Part shown: piece by piece, positions 55,898 through 64,000 of the stretch
How the letters are laid out: every line of letters begins with the position of its first letter
Position numbering within the stretch: position 1 is the first letter of the stretch
Origin: a virus
IMG/VR virus record: IMGVR_UViG_3300028394_000040
Direction: 5' to 3' (one strand)
Length of the DNA: 64,000 nt
Translations under genes and position numbers: made by a program
The notes under the pieces: generated by a model
Databases searched by the model: none
The model's input: only the letters and a program-made list of their open reading frames with translations
Told to the model about the DNA's origin: nothing

Positions 55898-57286
55898 TTA
55901 TAATGAACTTAACTCAAAGAATTTTTTACTTAATACCTCCCTATCATCTCTACTAAAGTTAGCAAAAGAGTTACTCCCCGATGTTTGTTGAGGAGAGCCA
56001 GGAGGACTAAACATTGAATCGTCTAATTCACTTGTACTTATTTCAATATGACCAATGCTTGTATTGATTTTAGCTGAGTAAGTCATTCCGTCCATTCCGT
56101 ACCTGTTCTTCATTAAATGTATACGTCCGGTTCCGTTAACTTTATCTTGACGTTTTCTAGATAAAGATAAAGCAAAATCAGCAATCATAATTTTATCGTA
56201 TGAACCTGCTGCTTTATCTGCTTCTATTATATCATCCTTTGCACCCATTCTATTTACCTGTGAAACAGTCCAAATAGGAATTTTTAAATCTCTAGCTAAT
56301 CCTTTAGTTGCTGTATAGACATCATCTATTTCGTCTTTCTTCTCTCTATTTGTCTTTTTAGATCTAAGTAAATCAACGTAGTCAATTAGTACTAAATCTG
56401 GTTTGTTTCCTAAATCAGTACATTTTTGAATATGAGATTCTAAAGTAGATATTCCTACTTTGCCGGGTGAATATTCTTTAACTATAAGCTTTCCTGGTAA
56501 TCCTGTAACTACTTTTTCTACGCTCTCTCTATTAAAAGCAACCTTATCAGTATCAATACCTGTAAAACATGCATCAAAACGTTTTCCTACATAGGTTTCT
56601 GATAATTCTAAAGTATAATATATAACGTTATACCCTAACTTTACTGCCATAGCCCCTATAGCTACTAAACACCAAGATTTACCACCTCCAGGATTACCGA
56701 AAATTAAACCTAAATCTCCTGATCCTAATCCTCCTCCTAGAAGCTCGTCTATAATAGACCAACCAGTAGGTATAGGAGAACGTTCTTCTATCCTATAACG
56801 GCTTTCTATATCAATGTTATACTCGTGCCCTATATTTTTTTCAGTACCAGCCTTTCTGGTTTTATCCATTAGACCCCAAATGCTATCTATATCACCTTTC
56901 TCGTATAATTCTACTGATAAAAATAGAGCTTTTTTCAGCTGTTGGTTTCTACAAAAATTAGCAAACTCTTGTTCAACGAACTCTTTATCGTCATTAGTAA
57001 TTTTATAGGCTTCTTTTAATTGTTCTACAATAGAAACTCGTAAAACTTCATTCTCAATTTTTTTTACCTCTACGCTTAAAAAATCTAAAGAAGGTGTAGT
57101 ATGGTATAGAGTATAAAATAAAAGGGTTTCTTCTACTATCCATTTATGAGCGGGATTATCAAAAGATTCCGCTTCTAAAATATCGTTAATGTTAATAAGA
57201 AATTCTTTATTTTTTAATAGAGAGTTAAGAACCTTTACCTGGAAACCTACCCCGTAAGCTGATAATTGATTAAGTGTTTTGCTCAT
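55898..57286 (-). CDS. dnaB: DnaB/gp41-like replicative helicase
   Basis: GNPGGGKS, TLEL, IDYVDLL, TVSQVNR, KNRYG. Confidence 0.93.
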   Translation of the reverse strand: MSKTLNQLSAYGVGFQVKVLNSLLKNKEFLININDILEAESFDNPAHKWIVEETLLFYTLYHTTPSLDFLSVEVKKIENEVLRVSIVEQLKEAYKITNDDKEFVEQEFANFCRNQQLKKALFLSVELYEKGDIDSIWGLMDKTRKAGTEKNIGHEYNIDIESRYRIEERSPIPTGWSIIDELLGGGLGSGDLGLIFGNPGGGKSWCLVAIGAMAVKLGYNVIYYTLELSETYVGKRFDACFTGIDTDKVAFNRESVEKVVTGLPGKLIVKEYSPGKVGISTLESHIQKCTDLGNKPDLVLIDYVDLLRSKKTNREKKDEIDDVYTATKGLARDLKIPIWTVSQVNRMGAKDDIIEADKAAGSYDKIMIADFALSLSRKRQDKVNGTGRIHLMKNRYGMDGMTYSAKINTSIGHIEISTSELDDSMFSPPGSPQQTSGSNSFANFSRDDREVLSKKFFELSSL

Positions 57287-58313
57287 AGTCTAATTTGTAA
57301 TGCTGTAACTTATTAAAATTATCAAATAACCACATCTCTGTATTTGGTATCGAATTTTCTAACTTATCTTCTTTGTAAAGATATAAAAAAGCTTTCTTAT
57401 TCAATAATTGGTTTGGGGTAATAAGCATTTCGTTGATTTCTTCTAATGCATCATCCGGAATGTTTGGATTATGTAAATCCATTAGTTTCTCGTTAACGAT
57501 TAATTGATGTTTAAAATTAACGATATTTTCGTATGCTCTCTTCTCATTCCTTTGATTCTCGCTTATATCTAGCAATTCGTTAAGACTCATACGTCTTTTA
57601 TTAGATAACCCGGGAAACAAAGAGAGAATCGTTTTCTTACCTATACCTCGCACTCCTGGTACATTGTCAGAATCATCCCCCATTAAAATTTTATAATTCA
57701 GGTAATTAACAGCTTCTACCCCGAATTCTTCTTTTACTGTTTCTGGGTAGTAGAATTTTTTCTTAACAGGTGAGTATACTGTAATATTCTCGTCTATTAA
57801 CTGAATATAATCTTTATCAGAAGACATTATGGTTACTTTCTTGGGTAGCTTTTTAGCTATATAACCTATTACGTCATCTGCTTCTATTTTATCTATAATA
57901 ATTAAATCAACAGGAAGGCATTGAAGGTAAGATATTAGTCTAATTATTTGATTTGTTATAGATTCTGCTTCTTCGTCTTTAGAATCAAATCCATCCCAGT
58001 TAGTAATTCTCTTAGTAGTTCTATTAGCTTTGTAATCAGGATAAAGATATCTTTTATTAGTACTACCACCAATTCCATCAAATGCAAGAATAACTCTTGT
58101 TGGAGCTGTTAACCTAATAATATACCCTAACGATTTTAAAAACCCAGTTAACCCGCCGATATGGTTACCGGCAGGGTTTAAATGGTGTATCACTACAAAG
58201 TTTCTTAAAAAAGTATTTAGAGAATCTACAATTAATACATTGTCATTAATATGAATATCTGTCTCTTTTTCTTCTTTGAGATTAGCTATAATATCTGCAT
58301 AGCGTTTATTCAT
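57270..58313 (-). CDS. 5'-3' exonuclease (PolI N-terminal/T4 RNase H-like)
   Basis: YPDYKANR, EADDVI, SSDKDYIQL, GDDSDNVPGVRGIGKKT. Confidence 0.92.
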   Translation of the reverse strand: MNKRYADIIANLKEEKETDIHINDNVLIVDSLNTFLRNFVVIHHLNPAGNHIGGLTGFLKSLGYIIRLTAPTRVILAFDGIGGSTNKRYLYPDYKANRTTKRITNWDGFDSKDEEAESITNQIIRLISYLQCLPVDLIIIDKIEADDVIGYIAKKLPKKVTIMSSDKDYIQLIDENITVYSPVKKKFYYPETVKEEFGVEAVNYLNYKILMGDDSDNVPGVRGIGKKTILSLFPGLSNKRRMSLNELLDISENQRNEKRAYENIVNFKHQLIVNEKLMDLHNPNIPDDALEEINEMLITPNQLLNKKAFLYLYKEDKLENSIPNTEMWLFDNFNKLQHYKLDYEQNT

Positions 58314-59442
58314 CTGATGTATCGAAAATATCTCTGCTTTCTTCTTCTGTCTCTACTACTATATCAAAATCTTCAGAACCTAAGACTCCTAACCACTCTT
58401 TTGAATGTGCCTTCTTGTAGTTATTAAGTGCAGAAGGTGTATCAGGGATAAATCCGTGAATAGTCATAATTACTTTATTCAGAGTAGTTATACCCGTTAC
58501 GTGGTTCTTATCACAACTAATCTTGGTACGTTTTGCAAACTCTACGTCCTTACCGTTCTTAGTAGCTTTTATCTTATTTGTACCGCTACTAGTTACATTC
58601 CCAAAAGTAATAATTAAAGAAGCATCAAAGTACATTGTATCACCTCCTTTGTTTTTCATTTTAGGTTGTGACATTACTGTTTCTGCTTTAGCTACCCATA
58701 CCTTATTAATAGCTACAAATGTATTTGTATAAGGTTGGTTTTCTTTTCTAGATAAAACAATTTTCTGATTAACGAAGTTACCAAATTGCTGAGACATTGC
58801 TCCAGCATTCCATTCGTTATTATTCTTATTAGATTCAACTGATAACCTACAGGGAATACTACCTACGCTATCCCAGAAGAAGCATAATTCATAAGGCAAG
58901 TTTCCTTTTTTCTGCTCGTCTAAAAGATCTAATACAAAAGCAGATACATCTTCTATCGTATTTAATTTTTCTCTATCTGCATAGATAAAAAATCCATTAT
59001 AGTCAATTACAGCTCCATTCTCGTCTAAAACCTCATCAAAAAGTAATCCCATAGTCTTAGCATGTTCCCAAGACCATTTCATCTCCGTAATGATAAACAC
59101 AGGTAAAATACCCATTTTCTGAGCAGAAACTGCTCCTTCTAATAATGCAGTAGTCTTCCCGGTATCTGAATGACCTCTTAATAGGGTAATATGACCTTTC
59201 GGAATTCCTGGTATAGATAATGCTTCTTGGAAAGCTTTAGATATTGGAATCCATAATTGCTCTTTAAACTTTACGGAAGAAGAAGAGAGATTCTTTGTCT
59301 TCTTAAACCTATCTAGATTAAATGGCCCTTTTATGGCTTCCGAAACAGCAGCGTTAAGAGATTTCTTACCTTGCTTCTTTTCGTTGACTTCCGCGGACTC
59401 ACTATCCTCTCGGAATTCGCTTCCTAATATTTGATTCGACAT
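58306..59442 (-). CDS. recA: RecA/UvsX-like recombinase
   Basis: GIPKGHITLLRGHSDTGKT, WDSVG, INK, KGG. Confidence 0.85.
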   Translation of the reverse strand: MSNQILGSEFREDSESAEVNEKKQGKKSLNAAVSEAIKGPFNLDRFKKTKNLSSSSVKFKEQLWIPISKAFQEALSIPGIPKGHITLLRGHSDTGKTTALLEGAVSAQKMGILPVFIITEMKWSWEHAKTMGLLFDEVLDENGAVIDYNGFFIYADREKLNTIEDVSAFVLDLLDEQKKGNLPYELCFFWDSVGSIPCRLSVESNKNNNEWNAGAMSQQFGNFVNQKIVLSRKENQPYTNTFVAINKVWVAKAETVMSQPKMKNKGGDTMYFDASLIITFGNVTSSGTNKIKATKNGKDVEFAKRTKISCDKNHVTGITTLNKVIMTIHGFIPDTPSALNNYKKAHSKEWLGVLGSEDFDIVVETEEESRDIFDTSDE

Positions 59443-59458
59443 AGTTGATTTTAGTTAA

Positions 59459-60274
59459 TTAAAACGGTGCACCTTCACTGTTTGGTGCCTCACCAAATAA
59501 AGTAGCAAAATCAGCATCAATATCTGCTTTCTTTGCTTTTACATCTAAAGTGTAACTAGTCTTAGGTGCTTCTACTTCAGGTTCAGATGTAACTGTTGCT
59601 GTAGTAGTATCATCAGGATTTAACCAGCTAAGTAAAGCAGACTTCATTTCATCGTATGAATGCTTTTTAAACAAGGTTAAAGGTTCTGGTTGCTCAGTCA
59701 TCCATCTTTGAACTTCTTGAGAGTTCTCTGACAAGGCTGTTGTCTTTGTACGTACCCTGACGGTCGTCTTATTAAACGATCTACCTGATTGATCTGGGCC
59801 TACAGTGTCGATAGTTAAGTCTCTACCTGTTACTGGGTCAGTATAGTCTTGTACGTCTTCGTCTTCAGCGATAGAAAGTAATTCCATGTAGACTTCTTTA
59901 CCGAATTCCCATAACCTTACTCCTTTATCTTCTTCTCCTCTTACAACAATAGGTGCAAATACCCGCATTTTAGGGCTAAGTTTTTTAGCTAAATCGCGAC
60001 TATCTTGGTCACTGGCTTTACGTAACTCATTAGCGAATTCAACTATAGGGTCTTTTTCGCCGAAATTCTGCAAAGATATCATAGTCTTTGCGCCTACCCC
60101 GTAATGAAAAGTAATCTCTTTAAAAGGGTTAGCTTTATCGTACATAGAAGGTATCATTCTAATAGAATGTTTACCAACAGATGGCTTCCAGATAATTTTT
60201 GCTAAATCGTTCTTTGGGCCTGTTTGTCTTGTCTGCAAGGAAGACAGCTTTGATTTGATTTGTGATAAATCCAT
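59459..60274 (-). CDS. gp32-like single-stranded DNA-binding protein
   Basis: WKP, IRMIP, LWEFGK, DYTDPVTGRD; acidic C-terminus ending in PF. Confidence 0.85.
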   Translation of the reverse strand: MDLSQIKSKLSSLQTRQTGPKNDLAKIIWKPSVGKHSIRMIPSMYDKANPFKEITFHYGVGAKTMISLQNFGEKDPIVEFANELRKASDQDSRDLAKKLSPKMRVFAPIVVRGEEDKGVRLWEFGKEVYMELLSIAEDEDVQDYTDPVTGRDLTIDTVGPDQSGRSFNKTTVRVRTKTTALSENSQEVQRWMTEQPEPLTLFKKHSYDEMKSALLSWLNPDDTTTATVTSEPEVEAPKTSYTLDVKAKKADIDADFATLFGEAPNSEGAPF

Positions 60275-60305
60275 AACTAATTATTTAAATGTAAAACTAA
60301 ATATA

Positions 60306-60740
60306 CTAAGCTTTTACAGTAGCTTCTACTATACTGTGCACTTTAGTATGGATTTTTCTTAAATCCGGACCTTGTGTTAGTAGAACTGTATTTTTGAAGT
60401 CTGGCCAAACTATACGATAATTTGGATCTAAAACACCACCGTTTAATTCTTTAATCAAAAGATTAAGTGCGTTAATGGTGTACAGAGTATTAGTTTCCTT
60501 TTTACGATGCAAAAGGATTGTATTAGGTAATATCTTGAAACTGGAATTATTTGGGTCAATATTATACGTACATAAAAACTCGTCTGAATCTGGTGACTCT
60601 AAAACGAATACTTTATCGTATAATATAGTGTAATGGCTCTTTATCCCTTCTAGTATTGAATCTAAATCTTCTTTTGGGGAGAAAGTACAGAACAGTTTGT
60701 TCATAATTTCCTGTAACGTGAATTCTTTTTCTACTATCAT
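60306..60740 (-). CDS. conserved hypothetical phage protein
   Basis: NKLFCTF...HRKKETNTLYTINALN. Confidence 0.65.
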   Translation of the reverse strand: MIVEKEFTLQEIMNKLFCTFSPKEDLDSILEGIKSHYTILYDKVFVLESPDSDEFLCTYNIDPNNSSFKILPNTILLHRKKETNTLYTINALNLLIKELNGGVLDPNYRIVWPDFKNTVLLTQGPDLRKIHTKVHSIVEATVKA

Positions 60741-62107
60741 AAATAGTTTGTTTTTCTAAGAGAGTTATAATTTGAGCCGTACTTAACTTTACTAGTTAAG
60801 CCTTTTTTGTATATGATATCTTTAATCGTCGTTAAAACTTCCTTTCCGTCTTCAAAATTAAAATCAATAAGAATAGAATCATACACCACTAAAGTTATAA
60901 AACTTTTCTTGTCTTTCAAATAATCTTGTATACTCTCTAGTAAAAACAGGTTACTAATTGTTTCACAATTTTGCAAATAATAATTAAAAAGCTTCTGTGG
61001 ATACATTCCCTCTATACTTCTCAATCTTCTACCGGTAGGTAAGTCAAGGTACCCATTTAAACTATACGTCTCCCATAATTGCTCAATGAATGCGCTTATC
61101 TTTTTGAAGAATGGTATATTCTTATAGTCATCGGAGATACCCCCGTAGATCTGTTTAAAACTAAGCTCTTTTGACTGCTTGTATTGATCTTCAGTTAATT
61201 CCTCTACGTTGAAATACATCCTACCTAAAACTGTATGTATAGATTCGGATGAGTTGAAATCAAACCGGATAAGTTTACTTATTAATTTAAGGTGGTATCC
61301 TTCAAAGTCGTACTCTACAAATGCATTATTAATAGGTAAGAATGCTTCTCTACAGCCATTATCTTTATTTAATGCTAAAAAATTTACTGTATTAAATGAG
61401 TTGGTAGGTCTACCGGTAATGTTATGTAGGTTGTAATAAGAATAAAGTAATCCATCGTGGATAGAGTAGGGCTTCCATTTAGTTTCAAAGTACTTATCTA
61501 ATATTTTTTCATCTACTCTAATTCCTCTACATTCAATACTTCTGTATACTTTCTCTATTCTCTTAACTACCGAACCTGTCCCTTCTTCCTTCATGTAGGG
61601 CTTTACTTTTTCATAAAGGCATTCTGATTTTTCATATAGTTTAGAAATAGGTATTACTCTATTTAAGTCCTTCTTGTGGTAAAGCCTAGTATAAAGATCT
61701 CTTTGTATTTTCGTATCGCAATATAAATCAGGTAACTTAGATATCTCATCTATCATTATCTGGGAAAGGTCTTGTAAGTTATCTGTAGTAATATAGTATC
61801 TGGTAAGTTTACTATCTAAACAGAATACTCTGTCGTGATTATCTAAAAAAGCTTGTATTTCAAGAATAGGTAAGCTTAATGCTTCGGAATGATTTACTGG
61901 GAGAATATAGCCTTTCTGTCTGTTATGGTAGTATAAAACAGATATAGAATTAATAGCAGGATGGAAATTGTCGTTTAATGTTATAATATCTATAAAACAG
62001 TCTTCACTTGGTTTTAACTTAGCTAACTGTTCTGATGTTTCAACGATATAATACATGAACCTTAATTTAGTAAGAATATAACCGATTAATTTAAAACCTT
62101 TGAACAT
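60737..62107 (-). CDS. second, compact and divergent family A DNA polymerase-like protein (likely start 62056)
   Basis: TGRPTN; motif A YDFEGYH; motif B SKELSFKQIYG; motif C VYDSIL. Confidence 0.8.
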   Translation of the reverse strand: MFKGFKLIGYILTKLRFMYYIVETSEQLAKLKPSEDCFIDIITLNDNFHPAINSISVLYYHNRQKGYILPVNHSEALSLPILEIQAFLDNHDRVFCLDSKLTRYYITTDNLQDLSQIMIDEISKLPDLYCDTKIQRDLYTRLYHKKDLNRVIPISKLYEKSECLYEKVKPYMKEEGTGSVVKRIEKVYRSIECRGIRVDEKILDKYFETKWKPYSIHDGLLYSYYNLHNITGRPTNSFNTVNFLALNKDNGCREAFLPINNAFVEYDFEGYHLKLISKLIRFDFNSSESIHTVLGRMYFNVEELTEDQYKQSKELSFKQIYGGISDDYKNIPFFKKISAFIEQLWETYSLNGYLDLPTGRRLRSIEGMYPQKLFNYYLQNCETISNLFLLESIQDYLKDKKSFITLVVYDSILIDFNFEDGKEVLTTIKDIIYKKGLTSKVKYGSNYNSLRKTNYL

Positions 62108-62136
62108 AAACCTTAATTTAGTAAAAGTAACTTTAA

Positions 62137-62787
62137 CTATCTAGGTTTAGCAAATTTAGTATAGTTACCTCCTATGAACTCTTCTAAACCTCTAAACTTA
62201 ATGGACTTAGACGCTACTAATCGTTTATTTGTATCAATTATTCCAGATACCCTAACACCATTAGTCTGTACGTAATCATTTAATGGTCCTGATATTTGCC
62301 AGAAGAGATCTATAGCTATGTTAGCTATGTAGTCATATTCGCTACTTACGTCTTGTAAAGATAAAAATGTTTCTTTATTCACTTCAACTATTCCCCCTTC
62401 TAAATTTCGTTTTTTGCAAAAATACCTCATAATAAAGCCTTTACTGTAGTCTTTTAAAGTAGGGTTAGGATAATAAGGTATTGGCTGTTTAAACTCACCT
62501 AAATCAACTGGGTTAATTTTTCTACTAGCTAGATAGTCTGCTGATTCGTTAAAAGCGGTTATATCTGAGTTAATAAACGTATTCCCGGCACTTGAGTCTG
62601 TTCCTGTGTTTAAAATTTTAATCGGTACTAATAGCTTGTTTGAACCGACAACAGGGTTATAGCCTGCAAGGGCTTTATTATCAAAAGTTTTGTAGTAAGG
62701 TCCCGTATACGGTACTCCGTCTACTGTAAACTCAGTACCATTAGTTTTATAACCAGTAACGATTCTACTAGATGGGTAGTATTTCAT
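62137..62787 (-). CDS. hypothetical protein, possibly virion-associated
   Basis: YYPNPT..DY..G...RYF motif; adjacent to the M23 protein. Confidence 0.55.
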   Translation of the reverse strand: MKYYPSSRIVTGYKTNGTEFTVDGVPYTGPYYKTFDNKALAGYNPVVGSNKLLVPIKILNTGTDSSAGNTFINSDITAFNESADYLASRKINPVDLGEFKQPIPYYPNPTLKDYSKGFIMRYFCKKRNLEGGIVEVNKETFLSLQDVSSEYDYIANIAIDLFWQISGPLNDYVQTNGVRVSGIIDTNKRLVASKSIKFRGLEEFIGGNYTKFAKPR

Positions 62788-62788
62788 T

Positions 62789-63994
62789 TTAACTGTATTG
62801 AATTTTAGTGTTCATTACTTGACTTGCTACATTACCTCCGTCTAATTGAAAGAAAGGTAAATAATCTACAGGGTCTAGAAGTTTACCTGTTTTAAAATCA
62901 CCTTCCCATAATTCAAAATGTAAATGGTATCCTTTAGAGGCTCCTTCGTTTCCTATATAAGCTATATGTTGGGCTTTAGTAACTTTCTCATTAACGTTTA
63001 CTTCAATACTCTTTAAAGGCATATGTCCGTATACCGAAGTATAGTTAATACTGTTTACTACATGATTTATAAAGATTGCGTACCCAAAACCCGAAACAGC
63101 TCCTGCTCTAGTAACAGTTCCGTCTCCTATAGCAAAAATCATATCCCCTGTAGTTCCATTTCCCCCTAGTATATTACTTAATGTTGTATTTACATTTCCT
63201 AAATTAGGGCCTATAATATCTATACCTTCGTGTGCTGACCTAAAATTAACAGGAGTTCTATACTGTTTAGTTTGAGCCCGGTAAATAAAACTGCTGAAAA
63301 AGTAAGGTTTTGATACAGGTATAGTAAAATTAAAAGAAGATACAGCATTAGGAGGAGGTTGGGGAGCTCCTGAGCCCCCAGCCGGTCTAGGTGTTCTACC
63401 TCCTTTACGTCTAAAACTAGAAGATACTCGTCCGGTCTGTAACGGAATATTTATCATCATTGAACGTACAGCTGTGACCCATTCTTGATTTTCTATAGTA
63501 TGAGAGAGCCCATATACAGTAAATCCTATTCTAGTTTTATTACCTTCTTTATATTGGGCAGGTAATCTGTCTAATGGTAATATAAATGCTTGATATAACT
63601 TTATACCGCTTAATCCATCTAATGTAAAATTAGCTGCTAGAGGAAGTATACCTCTTGCTGTAACATCGTTTGCCTCTACTACATTATTTCCATTCTTATT
63701 TACTAGTTCAGTTTTTAAACTGTTCAATGTTTCAGGATAATACTGAATACAGGTTTCTATGTCACCAACGTTAAATCCAGTTAATGCATAAATATTTCTA
63801 ATATGATTATTAAATAAATTAGCTGAATCCGTTAAACCGTCAATGTTCTCTGAATTAGTAGATTCTAAACTACCTGATGCTTCAGTTACAATTGATTCTC
63901 TTACCGGCATTAACCTATCCCTTAGTCTACTGTTTAACGCAGTAAACGCTGATCCATCTTCGTTACCGGCAACAGGACGTCTTTCCCCAGCCAT
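62789..63994 (-). CDS. C-terminal part of a protein with an M23 peptidase domain (probably extends past the window end)
   Basis: HEGID, YGHM, GYHLHFE; frame stays open upstream of 63994. Confidence 0.8.
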   Translation of the reverse strand: MAGERRPVAGNEDGSAFTALNSRLRDRLMPVRESIVTEASGSLESTNSENIDGLTDSANLFNNHIRNIYALTGFNVGDIETCIQYYPETLNSLKTELVNKNGNNVVEANDVTARGILPLAANFTLDGLSGIKLYQAFILPLDRLPAQYKEGNKTRIGFTVYGLSHTIENQEWVTAVRSMMINIPLQTGRVSSSFRRKGGRTPRPAGGSGAPQPPPNAVSSFNFTIPVSKPYFFSSFIYRAQTKQYRTPVNFRSAHEGIDIIGPNLGNVNTTLSNILGGNGTTGDMIFAIGDGTVTRAGAVSGFGYAIFINHVVNSINYTSVYGHMPLKSIEVNVNEKVTKAQHIAYIGNEGASKGYHLHFELWEGDFKTGKLLDPVDYLPFFQLDGGNVASQVMNTKIQYS

Positions 63995-64000
63995 AGCTGT

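Noticed and set aside
9204-61436. Other short plus-strand ORFs (9204, 13164, 26603, 27901, 33113, 33367, 39387, 46105, 48820, 53808, 56814, 58405, 58523, 61209) and 32070..32339 (-)
   Set aside because: Nested antisense or out of frame within well-supported genes
1-64000. Genome-wide UGA recoding (code 4 or 25), suggested by the folE TGA
   Set aside because: Other conserved genes are uninterrupted and several end in TGA with ATGA coupling, so standard code 11 fits

Overview
AT-rich segment of a large tailed dsDNA phage (jumbo/myovirus-like). Essentially every gene is on the minus strand. The host is probably a Bacteroidota bacterium, judged from Bacteroidota-type TTTG...TAnnTTTA promoters, a DUF4494-like gene and a T9SS-CTD-like domain. 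Reading from high to low coordinates: M23 peptidase; replication/recombination block (divergent second PolA, gp32-like SSB, RecA, 5'-3' exonuclease, DnaB); nrdB, a GIY-YIG homing endonuclease and nrdA; a 7-deazaguanine DNA-modification cluster (queC, dpdA-like transglycosylase, queF, PurN-like formyltransferase, P-loop kinase, queD, queE, purine PRTase, and folE with one in-frame TGA); dUTPase-like gene, main PolA and groES/groEL; a tRNA/ncRNA island; a secreted/outer-membrane module (cohesin-dockerin protein, CsgG-like protein, beta-barrel); a ~11 kb glycosyltransferase/methyltransferase cluster; intein-containing PhoH; two anticodon-less tRNA-like RNAs; and a PlcP/LpxH-like phosphoesterase plus glycosyltransferase pair. 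Most notable: (i) a predicted formyl-preQ1 DNA hypermodification pathway carrying an extra PRTase and kinase, with a preQ1-I-riboswitch-like RNA before folE, a second pseudoknot before queC and an internal UGA in folE; (ii) aberrant tRNA-like RNAs, including a tRNA-Asp with an 89-nt variable arm; (iii) the CsgG/cohesin-dockerin envelope module. All calls come from motif recognition by eye; no searches were run.
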